Source of the DNA: Octopus vulgaris
Taxonomy: Eukaryota
Assembly (NCBI GenBank): GCA_951406725.2
Contig: OX597838.1
Location: 6,634,001-6,698,000, forward strand
Length of the DNA: 64,000 nucleotides
Reading direction: 5' to 3'
Below are positions 42,750 to 55,997 of this stretch, piece by piece. Below the pieces are notes generated by a model that was given only the letters and a program-made list of their open reading frames with translations, was not told the DNA's origin and made no database searches. Numbering within the stretch: position 1 is the first letter of the stretch; each line of letters opens with the position of its first letter. The translations under genes and the position numbers were made by a program.

Positions 42750-43740
42750 TACTATTTATCGACATATTTCATTTCATAATTCCGACATATTAACCGGTGT
42801 AGATAATGGCTAACTCTGCCATGTCTTGATTTATGCTCCACTGGTTCTAAACCTTTGCATTCAGAATTTAGGTGGTCCACAGTTGCAATCTCATCTTTTA
42901 AAAATCGGCACTTTTGGTCTACTCCATTATTCAGTATATTGGCTTGGTAGTTCCGGCTCAATAGTCTATGATATCCAGCATCTAAAATTAAGCCCTCACC
43001 CTCTGCGTTTAACCATGAGCTCCGTAGCCACAGAGTCATGTGCATCTGGTCTACATAAGCATTGTCGCTACGGGTAAAATATTTGCTCTGCAGAAATGCA
43101 GCTACCAACAATGAGCCAAATGTTCACACGCTTTTGCTCCTTACCATTCACTTCACTCTTTTCGCAACAACATGCTGGAAATTATCCATGAACACAGAGA
43201 CACTTGTTTGCTTTCCGGCATGATAAAATGTAGCTTCTTACGCCTCTCTTGATTGTCAACGGGTTTTATCATCCACTTGATAGATATTTCAATATATTTG
43301 GACAGACCATTTGTGGTGGTTTTGTTAGAGATTTCAACATGGATCAAGCTTCAATGTCCTTCGGCTGTGAGAATGTGTAGACGATCTACGCCTGCCTTTA
43401 GGTGGTGCATCTTATTGTAAGTAAGCGGCTTACGTAGTTTTCTGTAAATCTTCTTTGTTTCGCTGATATTACAGTTCAACACATTATAGCTATAAGTAAC
43501 AAATGGAAGTACTAAGGAATTTATAGCTAACACGTTGTTATGCCTTGTTATGTGCATTTAGCTCAGACTTCAGGATTCCTCCAATGCACCCATAACATTC
43601 CTTCCTAACCTTATCTTCCCTTCTTGCATGTTGAATATTAGCGACTTCATTCATTCCCAGGTATTTGTAAGTTTATTCCTGCTCAATATCTAATACGATT
43701 TTGTAAGCTTGTCCCTATTCAACACACATCACGACTAAGT
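42750..43740 (-). pseudogene. Second, divergent R4/Dong-like LINE fragment (RT C-terminus/thumb to zinc knuckle)
   Basis: TYKYLGM (about 43660), AINSLVLPFVTYSY, MHHLKAGVDRLHI, LWLRSSWLNAEGEGLIL, KCRFLKDEIATVDHLNSEC...RHGRV. Confidence 0.85.
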
Positions 43741-44244
43741 TTGAAGTCTTGTCAATTATTATCATTGTTGTTGGTATTATTATTGTTGTTATTATTTTGC
43801 GAATAGCAAAAACGATTCTTATCCTTCCTGTTGTACAAGTAATTATGGTGGTAGTAGCAGTAACCGTGGTTATGGAGGTTGTGTTGGTGGTCGCAGTGAT
43901 GGAGGTTGTCTATTGTTCCCATTCATATGACCGTTACAGTTACCATTCCGTGTATATTAGAATTAATAGAGCGGCGCAGAGAGCGATTCAAAATATTTAT
44001 TTACGTCCATCAAATTCACAGCTAAATTCCTCCAAATCATCTTTTCTCTTTTCATCTCTCCGGGGTCAATAAAATATGTGGCCAGTCAAACACTGGATCG
44101 ATTTAATCTGTTTTACCACTCCCATACATTTGCAGAACTTCAACATTACCAATTATCTTTATCATTTCAGTTCTTGTTTATGATGTTATTTTTATCATTT
44201 ATCTTCATCTTATTCTTATTGTTATCATTAACGGTAACAAGCAC

Positions 44245-44287
44245 AATACAAACAACAACAACAACAACAATAATAATAATAATAATG

Positions 44288-44343
<56 letters not shown>

Positions 44344-44488
44344 AAAGATAATAAAAAATAGCAATGATAATAATAATAACAATAATAACAATAGTAATAA
44401 AAATAATAATAGTACTACTATTACAAATAATAATAATAATAATAATAACAACAACAACAATAATAACAACAACAACAACAACAACAAC

Positions 44489-44534
<46 letters not shown>

Positions 44535-44566
44535 GTAATAATAATGATAATAATAATGATTATAGC

Positions 44567-44605
<39 letters not shown>
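44245..44605. repeat. (TAA)n/(CAA)n microsatellite
   Basis: Directly visible. Confidence 0.95.
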
Positions 44606-44608
<3 letters not shown>

Positions 44609-45229
44609 AAAGTGATATTAACACTTGTATAAATAATAATATATTTTGTTGCCCTCATGCGTCGAAATCTTTAGGGAATAGAACACCGACAGAATGCAAC
44701 AATGCTAAATCGTGAAAACATTATGAATTCAAGATTATCAATAAATCTGAAACGACATGAAAGCTAAGAGATAACCGCTGGCAGCAACAACAACGTTAAC
44801 AAACAACAACCAAGAAAATAGAGAAATGTCTCCAAAATGGTGGCAGCCACATATGGAGATTCGTTACACTCCATATACAATATCAAATTAGATTAACAAG
44901 CCAAAGATGAGTGTTTACACGTCGTTCTTGCCACAAAAGGCAGCCGTTCCGTGGTTAGAGTGGACTCCTTTAGCTACGGCAATTTTTCCTCTCACATTTA
45001 CATTTATATTTCATAAGATTTATTGTACAGTAATTCCCTATCCAACCTCGTCTCTCTCCATTCATCTTGAAGTTTTATTTTGAAGAGGTTGATGAGGGCT
45101 TGGCATGAGAGGAAATGGTTCTGGCCTCAAACCATCGTAATCATTTCCATCACCACCACCACACCAAATTCCTTCTGATAGTTGTATTTAATATTGTTAT
45201 TGAAGAATTGGCGAATGGATTGGAGAAAC

Positions 45230-45343
45230 TATTAATAATACTAATAAAATGAAAGTAATAATAACAACAACAATAATAATAATAATAATAACAATAATAA
45301 TAATAATAATAATAATAGTAATAATAATAATAATAATACTAGC

Positions 45344-45383
<40 letters not shown>

Positions 45384-45466
45384 GTAATAATAATAATAAT
45401 AATAATAATAGTAGTAGTAGTAATAATAATAATTATAATAATAATAATAATAATGATAATGGTAAC

Positions 45467-45531
<65 letters not shown>

Positions 45532-45545
45532 TATTAATAATAGTC
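45230..45545. repeat. (TAA)n microsatellite
   Basis: Directly visible. Confidence 0.95.
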
Positions 45546-46317
45546 GTAAATAAATATTTTCCGAACGCCAACAATAGTATGTATAGCATCATGCATTGTA
45601 CTTCAATCAAACAAATAAACATGTTTCGTAGATGTATTCATATACTCCAACAAGTCACTCCACCTTTCCTTCCTTCCACCCCACCCCCGCCGCCTCCATG
45701 TAGTAAAGAAAATATTGTAATGGCTTTAAGTTGTAATGACCCCCACCTTTGTAAACTGTTATAATGGAAGAGCAGCTCGGCAAAGTTCAGTGGCTTTTTA
45801 TCAATCAAAATGTCATCTGACTGCGTTAGCACGCAGTAATCTCAGCTGCTAAAGGTCAGCCGAGTAGCACGGATTTCTACGCCATTCTGAAGCAAATAAT
45901 CACTCTTGCCACCATTTTGTTTTTGTAAAGATGTCGAGCTGTTTGTCATATTAATTTGCTTTTCCCTCCTTTTTATATATTTGATATATAAATATAACAT
46001 TTGGTCTCATCTTATTTTATTTTCTTGTTTAATAGTTCGCTCTTGTTAGTTTGCCAATTCTTCATGATGAGGCTGTTTATAGCAAATCACAAGTACAAAC
46101 ACACACACAGACACACACACACACACACACATATTAATACGTGCATCTTTAGACACATAAACATGCATATAGTAAACATAACCAATGCTTCTGTACAAAT
46201 ATATTTACACAGGCACACATACACACACTTATGTATAATATATAGATAGATGCATATGAGTACGTTTGTGTGTTTATATGTATGCTAATGTGTGCGTGCG
46301 TGTGTGTGCATAAATGA

Positions 46318-46356
<39 letters not shown>

Positions 46357-46416
46357 CATATTTTACACAGACACACACACATAGAGACAAACATCCATAC
46401 GTACACACAAACACAT

Positions 46417-46478
<62 letters not shown>

Positions 46479-46479
46479 G

Positions 46480-46760
46480 TGTTATCTCCCTGTTACCTCC
46501 CTTACTATCCCTCTAACGTCTAACGTCTGACCTCTGACCTCTGAACTCCGCCTGAAGTCAGAACGCCATGATAGACTGTTAGCTCCTACACGCATTTTTT
46601 CTCTCCTTGTATCTTTTCTGTGTATCTTTCTGTCGAAGAGCGTAGGCTCGAAACGTAAAAGACTTGTTCTATTTCTATTCCTGAGCGCCATACTAAATGC
46701 ATTCGTTTGTTTTTACTCCACCTGCCTTCGTCTTTTGTTTATTTTCGTAAACATTCCCGT

Positions 46761-46761
<1 letters not shown>
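46480..46761 (+). mobile_element. Penelope pLTR-like cassette between two (TA)n tracts
   Basis: Longest copy of the 7497/19462 family; carries a hammerhead-like fold. Confidence 0.75.
46625..46662 (+). ncRNA. Minimal type-I hammerhead-like motif with CUGUCGA core
   Basis: TCTTT-CTGTCGA-A-GAGC-GTAG-GCTC-GAAAC-GT-A-AAAGA. Perfect 5-bp stem I, 4-bp stem II and palindromic ACGT stem III. Confidence 0.75.
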
Positions 46762-46797
<36 letters not shown>

Positions 46798-47004
46798 GTT
46801 GAAACTTACATAGACAGTTTACATCTATGTATTTCTAAGAATTTATTTTATTGGGAACTACATTTGTATGTAACATTTTTACGCGTACATATGCGTACCT
46901 CCCCCATCGCCCTCATTTAAAATCCTGTTTTTTTTTTATTTCACCTCAAAATTTCTTCGATTGTCTCCAATAGTTCCCAAGCAGTTGTCGTATTTGTGAC
47001 GTAC

Positions 47005-47605
47005 AACATTATGTCGTCTATCGCGGGTGCTACATTCCAAAACATGGAATGGAAGCACTCCGTCGGTTACGACGATGAGGGTTCAGATTGATCCGAATCA
47101 ACGGAACAGCCTGCTCGTGAAATTAACGTGTAAGTGACTGAGCACTCCACAGACACGTGCACCCTTAACGTAGTTCTCGGGGATATTCAGCGTGACACAG
47201 AGAGTGACAAGGCCGGCCCCTTGAAATACAGGTACAACAGAAACAAGAAGTAAGAGTGAGAGAAAGTTGTGGTGAAAGAGTACAGCAGGGATCACCACCA
47301 TCCCCTGCCGGAGCCTCGTGGAGCTATTAGGTGTTTTCGCTCAATAAACACTCACAACGCCCGGTCTGGGAATCGAAACCGCGATCCTATGACCGCGAGT
47401 CCGCTGCCCTAACCACTGGGCCATAGCGCCTCCACATTCCAAAACAACAACCCACGATATTGTACTATATATTTTAAAAAATTATTTCTGTTATTTGTAT
47501 CTGTTTATTTTATTGTAAATGCAAAGCAACGCCAAGGAGGAATTGGCGTAACCATAAATAGTAAATCGCGATAGGTGAACCGCGATATGGTCAGGGATTA
47601 CTGTA
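47005..47605 (+). mobile_element. pogo/Tigger-like MITE (family E) interrupted by a SINE
   Basis: tcgtctatcgcgggtgctacattcca ... cgcgataggtgaaccgcgatatggtcagggattactgta. Confidence 0.75.
47045..47433 (-). mobile_element. Full-length tRNA-derived SINE family C with 13-bp TSD
   Basis: A box tggcccagtgg, B box ggtttcgattcc and a (TTCCA)2 tail. acattccaaaaca is duplicated at 47032-47044 and 47434-47446. Confidence 0.95.
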
Positions 47606-48650
47606 ATCCGTAACGTGTTCAAAAACCTAAAGATTATTCCAGAATGTCTGATTACCATCAAATCCATTAGCTTCTTGAGAGTGGCTGATCTGAGATGATT
47701 ACTGGCTGAGGCTATAAATAAAAATGTGTTCCTTGCGCGTGAAGAAGTAACAGGCAACATCCGCAAACAATTAAGGGAATAATAATATTTAATAAGAGCA
47801 ATAATTACATACTAGGTGAGACATACTGTTTGGAGTTTATGGCAAGGAGACTGATAGAGCAATCTGCATCTGGCCCATTACAACTGGAAACATTTATGCC
47901 ATATTGGTGTAGACGGAGGTTGCTGTCGTCTGTCTATTTCCTGTTTTAACCGTTTGGCTTAGCGATAATGGGGACAACGCGTAGCCGCGTCAAAATTCTG
48001 CAATTACCGCCAAAAGCGGTTTTCTAATAGGGTACAAGGAAAAGGAAAAGAATCAAAAGTATTGCATCACGAGATGCCTTAAGATCACGGCTACAATCCA
48101 TATGTATTTATGGTATCTAAAATCTTCTAAAAGTGTTATCGATGGTATAATTGTAGCTTAGATTGTGTAATTTCATAGCTATATGTTAAAGCTAATTTAG
48201 TATATATATATATATATATATATATACGCGCGCGTGTGTGTGCGTGTGTGTGCAGAAGGAAGTAATTTCCCCCAATCCAAGAAAGAGCTGTGAACGACCA
48301 CCTAAAATTTTGTTCTCTCTTCATAATAATTTTTATATAATTCACCAAATCTCTGGATAAGAAAATGTTGAACTAAATATCTCCATGTATTCTGCTTAAA
48401 TATTTTTTATTCATATTTTTATGTACGAATGGTTAATGCCATCACAAAATGCCATCAAAAACTCTGTCCATGTTTCATTTTTTTTTATTTTCATAAGCTA
48501 GACCGATGTGTTTACTAATGTCATCACCTTTTTACCTGGATTACCTCTAACATGACTTGACCTACGGGTTTGTGTATCTAAGTTCTAATCTCTCACTACA
48601 CATTTTTTTACCTTTTGAAATATTCTTACCAACTTCACACATATATAAGA

Positions 48651-48688
<38 letters not shown>

Positions 48689-48708
48689 CTGTTTGTATAT
48701 ATGTACGC

Positions 48709-48739
<31 letters not shown>

Positions 48740-50198
48740 CACACATATTTTTATAAATATATATGCATGCATGTATGTAAACTAGCAGCATCGAACTTCA
48801 GTCAGTGTTTCTGCAAAAGTGTTGCCATGTTTCAATCTAAAAACTTTGTTTTCGAGCGAATGGCGACAGAAAAAAACAAAAATGAGAGAAACATTTAAAT
48901 GTTATCCACAAAGCTACAAGTATTCCCTGACGTCATAACGAAATTACGCAGCATTTAGACTTCAAATAAAAGCAGCAGCGAGTTCGTTTGTAGGGAGGTC
49001 CGTCGTATCATACGCTGGGTCAGCAGAATTATAATAGAAATCGCTGAATTAAAGGATAGGTTGAAATTTCTAATAGAAAGATAAGTAAAAAATTAGTGTT
49101 ATTATGTCCATGTGAATAGAAGCGAGAATACAGAAAGAGAAAAAAACATGAACGAACAGAAGAAAGTGGAATGAATCCGGATGAGAGCAAAAAAGTCTTC
49201 GAATACAAATATATTTATTTGGTGAATAAATGAAGAAATTTTCTGACAGGTTTCAAATACAGAAGCGTAGATTGGTGGTTAGACATGAGAGTTGTTGTTT
49301 ACAATAGGTTACGATAATATAGTTAGAAAGAGTATAAAAAAATATACTAACTCAATCAATAGTTGAAGGGATATTGGACAGAACTTGATTCAATGTTGTC
49401 GAAATTTCTCTTCGTAGATTTGTATAAAAGGATATGAGGAATGAGCGAGATCAATACAAAAGGAAAATGGTTGCTAGAATGAAGACAAAATAGTAGAATG
49501 AAGTGAGGGGAACCAAGGAACATTATTATATACAAAACAAAAAACTAAAAGAAAACAAATTCTACAAATGTATACGACTATATATACAACCGTAATGCAT
49601 ATAGTAGGTAAATATCTGACTTTATAGTCTATATTTTTTCGTTTTTTTATCTTAATGCAAGAATAGAAATCACGTATTTGTCTAAATAAAAAAATCAAAT
49701 TATCCGCCAACACCAAAATCTAGTAAAACATTTTACAGAAAGTTTCATAGTTACATTCTTACCAATTTCCTCTATTCCTGGTTTATAAATTTGTCTGATT
49801 TGCTTTAATTTATCTAATTATTGCAAAACTACACTAAAATTCCACTCTGCCTACAGATGGATACAACATTAATCCACACTTTGCTAATTATTGTTACCTT
49901 GCGATATTCTCCACCATCAGTATTATACATAAATATATGTGACCCTCGCAATATTTTCTAAAGATTTAATTTGTTTCAAACCTAAGTTCATAAGAAATCT
50001 TCTAATTTCAGCCCAAGTTTCATTTCTACCTTCATGTATAATTGCCCCTCTTTCTCTCTTTTTCCCTCTCTCAGAATCGTTACATTTCCCCTGTCAAATT
50101 TTACTCTTATTATATTTTACTTAAATATGACATCACAATTTGCTTTGCTAATATATCCTTTGCTTCCTCGTACAAAGAATCGGATGATATCAAACACT

Positions 50199-50420
50199 AT
50201 ACAGTTATCCCTCACCGCGCACTCTGTACATCGCGGTTCACCTACCACGCACACAATACATCGTGGAGTTTTCTGGCTAATATGTAAATTTTTATAGCGG
50301 ACTCCTCAGTATAACGCGGGTTTCTGCGGCCGATAGGTATATATATACATATTTAGATTTCAATTATTTCTGAGGGAGGTTTTGAAACGTTACACCTGCG
50401 ATAGTCGAGGGATTGCTGTA
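50199..50420 (-). mobile_element. pogo/Tigger-like MITE (family E) with TA flanks
   Basis: ta-cagttatccctc...atcgcggttcacct ... gcgatagtcgagggattgctg-ta. Confidence 0.8.
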
Positions 50421-50444
50421 TCTATATTTACAAACTTGCAACTA

Positions 50445-50848
50445 AGGTAGTGTGCTGCCAGAACCTTTAGCACGCTAGACAAAGTAGCTAACGGGGTCGA
50501 ATTGTATTTTACCTCTTCAGAACCGAAGAAATAAATTTCAGTTATGTACTAGTCTCTTTGTAAGCGAGTTTATCCTTTGCTCAGAAGTGCTAACTTTGTT
50601 ACAAAATTAGAAAAGAGAATTAATTTACAATTGTAAAGATTCATCGATTTCAAAATTTGACACAAGCCACGCAGTTTCGTGGGGAAGGGATCGGTCGATT
50701 ACATCGATCTCTCTCATCGAGTGCGACTTATATTATCGAGGCCTAAAAGATGAACAGTAAAGTTCAACATGGCGGCTTTTGGATTCAGAAAGTAAAATCG
50801 GAAAAAGCATCTTCCCGGCGCGGTAAGGATCTTGCCAGCTCACCGTCG
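50445..50848. mobile_element. Two old SINE family A copies (about 50445-50610 on +, 50648-50848 on -)
   Basis: Degenerate head aaggtagtgtgctgccagaacctttagcacgc; minus copy gtcgattacatcga...aaaagatgaacagtaaagttc...ttgccagctcaccgtc. Confidence 0.65.
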
Positions 50849-51086
50849 ATATATTAGTCGTTCTCAACACTCTTATTCAAATTAGCTTTCCTTCACAGTC
50901 CTTTTGATATGCTTATCCTCATATATATATATATATATGACGAGGCTTAGACTTCTGGTATTTTGTGGCGTACTAGTCTCTCATTATGTGTTTACGTAAT
51001 TTTCACTCGTTGGTGATATCCTGTACTTGATGTATTTTGTAATTACTTATTTATAATCGAACGCCACGTAGCCTTCTCCACACACA

Positions 51087-51136
<50 letters not shown>

Positions 51137-51259
51137 CAGGTATTTAGTTCAAGGACCCACCTATGCAAATCCCAGGTTGGGTGCAACTGGTCCATACGAA
51201 AATAAAGATATATAATATTAAATAACCTTCCTGTATTTTATAATATAATTGTCTTTAAA

Positions 51260-51467
51260 TATTTTTCTACTCTACGCACAAGGCCCGTAATTACGGGGTA
51301 GTAGCCAGTCGATTAGATCGACCCAAGTACGCAACAGGTACTTAATTTATCAAAACCATAAGAGGCAAACTCGACACCGAGGGAATTTGAACTCAGAATG
51401 TAAAGACCGATGAAATATTGCTAAGCATTTCGCCCGGCGTGCTAACGGTTCTACCAGCTCACCGTCT
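51260..51467 (-). mobile_element. SINE family A
   Basis: gtcgattagatcgaccc...gaatttgaactcagaat...gctaagcatttcgcccggcgtgctaac. Confidence 0.85.
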
Positions 51468-52688
51468 AAGAATTGTCTTGTAATATTGAATGATTAAAAA
51501 CTGAAAACAAGAGATAATAAAAATCGATTAAGAATCGTTAGAGGATCGGACATATAATGTTCTAGTACTCTGTTACAGAGCTTTACGTTCTGAGTTCAAA
51601 TTTTAGTCATTCAGAGTCGTTAACGCTACAAACTCCTATTTAAATTTAAGAAGCTGTGCTTATTTTTTAGACGTTTATTATTTAAAAAGTACTTCGTAAA
51701 TACATAGTAGATTAGTTTATAAATGTTATCGATATCAATTTCACAGATTATCGCCTCTTACTAGAAATATCTAGCCAATAATTTACAAAAGCAGTATTAC
51801 GTGTGATGCCTAAATATTTGTTAACTGTGAAAAAATGTAATTATATTTTCAGTAACTCAAATAAAGTCTGTGATACATCTCATACATCAATGGACTCAAA
51901 CATCTTTTGGAACACAGACAGCATTCCATGATTTTGGTCTTAATTCTTCAATTTCGTTTACATCCTAGCTTAGTGTGTCTCGTATAACTATCTCTCTCCC
52001 TCTCTTTCTCTTTCAGTCTCTTTTTTCCGTTATCCTTACATATCTATGATTAAACAAATATCGACAGTGCTATATCTGATTCTTCCCAATATGTATCTAT
52101 ATATTGATCTAGTAGATTTCTCTTTCTGTTTCTAAAAATATTTTCTTAACTAAATGTAAACAAAAACCGATGTCTCCCACCAACATACTTTGCGTGTGAA
52201 TTTAAAACGTAGCTGTCACAAACGGTTCCCATATAGAATTCCAATATTTACATTCTTATATTCCATCCTACCTCTTTTAGTCCTTATTATTTATTATTTA
52301 TTTATTTTTCTTCTCACTGTTCTCAGTTCGTTTCACTTCCTCTCTCTCACGCATCATCTTTCGAATCATGTTGCCTATCATTTTCCTTTCCGATTCACAG
52401 ACATATAACAAAGCGAATTCTCTTTATTTCCTTCTTACTAATACATATATTATTTCTTGTTCATAATCTGTAGATTGTTTATTTGTATTATATTCTAACG
52501 CATTGTATACAGCAGGGCCCTTGTCTATACATTGATCAATTTGATGGCTTATTTCAAACCAGTAACATTAATGTTTTTTTTTTGCTGTTTTGTTTTCTTA
52601 AAGAACACAGCAATACTTTCGTCCCTAAATTATATCTACTCATATATTTATATAAATGTTTACATTATTATCACACACACACACACAT

Positions 52689-52732
<44 letters not shown>

Positions 52733-52793
52733 GCATGTAAATATATATATATATATATATATTTATGTAATTATATATACATATATTTATATA

Positions 52794-52836
<43 letters not shown>

Positions 52837-52867
52837 GTATATATATATATACATATATAAATGTATA

Positions 52868-52918
<51 letters not shown>

Positions 52919-53769
52919 CTATGTATATATAATTCAAATAAGTTATCCTTATCTATAAAAATAATAATAAAGCGGTTAGCAAACATAATTCAAACATGCA
53001 AAATATATAATAAAAACGTCAAGGGTACATAATGCACCTTTCTTGAAATTGTTCATATGTGATGTAGTGATGTTTCGAGTATTGACTTGTGCATATTAAT
53101 TTCAATTATATTGTATCAAAATTACATACATTTATTTGTAAAATTATGGAAGTTATTAAAAATGGAATCCCTTCAGTGACATATAGAACAAAGAGTATTA
53201 TGTGTGTTACCGGGGCTCATGTCTATCATACTATCCCTTCTCTTGCAGCATACATTACATTCCTGAGTAATGTACTACAAATTTAAATTAATAAATATTG
53301 CTAATACACACACAAAAATCAACATTTCATTTCTAATTATTCTCTAATTTATATTTAATCAGTCTATTGCCCCAATTATCATAAATATTACAATCCTCAT
53401 TAACACAAGCTCCGGTATACGTTAGCATTCAATCACATTGCGTGGTGTACTGACCAGTTCGAATCTACCAGAATCCTGTTTCAAACAAATCTCTCTGAAT
53501 CCATTTGGTAGATCGAAATTGATAGCCTCACATCGTATATATGTTTGTGTATGTGTGAAAGTATATGTCTACAAATATCTATTTATCTCTCGCTCTCTCT
53601 CTCTCTCTCTCTCTACATATACATACATGCATACATACATACAATCAGCCGAAATTGCGAAGATGATCCGGTTCTTGACTGAAGATTGAAGGCTTCGAAT
53701 GTCCCGTCCGTGTTTTTTGTATCGTCTTCTAAATGTTTTGCGTTCTTGTCCCAATTTGTATTTTTTTAC

Positions 53770-53807
<38 letters not shown>

Positions 53808-53811
53808 ACTC

Positions 53812-53920
53812 ATTATATATGTTATATATTTATATATTTATATATATATGTTATATATTTATATATTTATATATATACGTTATATATTTATATATTTATA
53901 TATATATGTTATATATTTAT
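53812..53920. repeat. AT-rich minisatellite of about 29 bp, 4 copies
   Basis: Repeated atatgttatatatttatatattt. Confidence 0.85.
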
Positions 53921-55363
53921 GCGTGCATGGTTTCCATATGAAGACCAGTCTTGAAATATAATACGAGGGGTGTGTTATTTAACTGAATTCTTCAAGGAGA
54001 ATCCCAGAATGGCCACAATTCATTACTAAAATAACTTAAAGATAAAACATATATCGTTGGCGTTACAATGGTTACCTCCTTTAATATGATCGTGCAGAGT
54101 ATGATTATCAAAATGAGCCCTATAGATGACATAAATAGTTACGTTTATGCTCCAATATGCTTTGCGAAATTATGGCATTATCACGCTCGGATTTTAAAAT
54201 CACAATATTTTCGATTTTGCTTTTCATTCCTCCATATAAATAGTATCGTCAGTTTCCAAACAATTATGTTCCCTTTATTTAGAAATTGTTGATGTTCTGC
54301 CAAATATTAAAATAACAACGATTAATATGATGCAGGCAGCATGGTGGCGTGCTTGATTAAAAGACTTTTATTATTTAGCTGTCTATATATTTTAATTTAA
54401 AATCACGCTGGGATTTACATTGCATTCTACCCCTCTGACGTAGGTGAAATAAGTACTTGTATTCGCCTGTTGTTCATTAAATCGATTATACACACACCCA
54501 TTGGCATCTTTGAATCTGATTATCTATTTCTTTTGTGTCATATCGATATACTCACAGCGGAATTTACCTCGAGTCTACTTCACTTTCAGCTAGATTTCGT
54601 TCAGATAAATATGAACACAATTCTCTGCCTCTTCCTTATACATTGTTCAAGAGCAACAGAACTGCATCAGCCATTCGATAGCGTACAACACAACAGGTAC
54701 CCTACATATTCTAGCTCTACTTTAGCGTCATAAAAGCTGATTATTCCAAAAGTTCTAATAACATCTGGTGCGTGTCTACATGACTATAGCGACTGCAGTT
54801 CTCATTCAATCAAACTATATCATTATTACCAAGCATGAATAGGCACCATGTGTTGCCTGTTCCTATACAACCTTAAAATTTAATTTGTTGCTTCAACAAG
54901 CTATATAATTTCGCCTACATTATATTCTCTATCTTACAAATATTCCCACGATTTTACTTTAAAAAGGTTTCTTCAAATCCGGTTAACTATCACAGTAATG
55001 ATAAGCGTTCAATATTCCTTCGTTAGAATATTTTTCAACAAATCCTACTGTAATCTCTGTTATTCCTCTAAACCCACTGGATAAAATACCTAGATTAAAT
55101 ATATTAATCCTCCTGTCTGCATACTGTCTCCCATATTTTCTTCTAGCGATTCAATGACGATCGTCCTGTCAACTCAGATAAGATGTTCTTCTATACTTCA
55201 TAATATATGACTAATGTACGGCTGTTACGACAGATGAGTACATCTATGTACATCTAAGTCTTGTTATTTCCTTGAAATATAAAACACACCAACACTGAGA
55301 AACGAATATAATATTATATCATTGCTTACATTATTTACATTTGTCCTCATCTTGTTTGTTGTT

Positions 55364-55409
55364 AACACAACGTTACGGCTGATGTACCCTCCAGCCTTCA
55401 TCAGGTGTC
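55364..55409 (-). ncRNA. Type-I minimal hammerhead motif in a pLTR-like fragment (about 55325-55432)
   Basis: GACAC-CTGATGA-A-GGCTG-GAGGGTACAT-CAGCC-GTAAC-GTT-GTGTT. The core and stems I/II are canonical; GAAA is mutated to GTAA. Confidence 0.75.
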
Positions 55410-55524
55410 TTGAGGAAATTTCGAACCTGGGTAAACATATTGCCGTGAACTTGCCAAAATGAACGAAAAACAGCTATTCTTCCAATCCTTAATGCCTAAA
55501 CGATTATGGCAACCCCACTGAAGC

Positions 55525-55997
55525 ACTGGGGTATTTATTGACCAACGTCAGCTACGGTGGAATTTGCACAGAGTGCGTAACGACAGACAAAATACAATAT
55601 TTCTTTACTACCCACAAGGAGCTAAACACAGAGGGGACAAACAAGGACAAACAAACGGATTAAGTCGATTATATCGACCCCAGTGCGTAACTAGTACTTA
55701 TTTTATCGACCCCGAAAGGATGAAAGGCAAAGTCTACCTTGGCGGAATTTGAACTCAGAACGTAGAGGCAGACGAAATACCTATTTCTTTACTACCCACA
55801 AGGTGCTAAACACAGAGGGGACGAACTACGACAGATTACATAAACCCCAATGCTTAACTGGTACTTCATTTATCGACACCGAAAGGATGTAAGGCAAAGT
55901 CGATCTCGGCGGAATTTGAACTCAGAATGTAACGGCGAACGAAATACCGCTAAGCATTTCGCCCGGCCTGCTAACGCTTCTGCTAGCTCGCCGCCTA
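55525..55997 (-). mobile_element. Tandem array of SINE family A (one full head plus two headless units)
   Basis: Tail atttctttactacccacaagg at about 55598 and 55783, each joined to the internal gacgaaatac of the neighbouring unit. Confidence 0.9.

Noticed and set aside
47360-47433. tRNA gene
   Set aside because: A/B boxes are present, but it is the head of a TSD-flanked SINE and lacks a proper acceptor stem; the same applies to 58165-58240.
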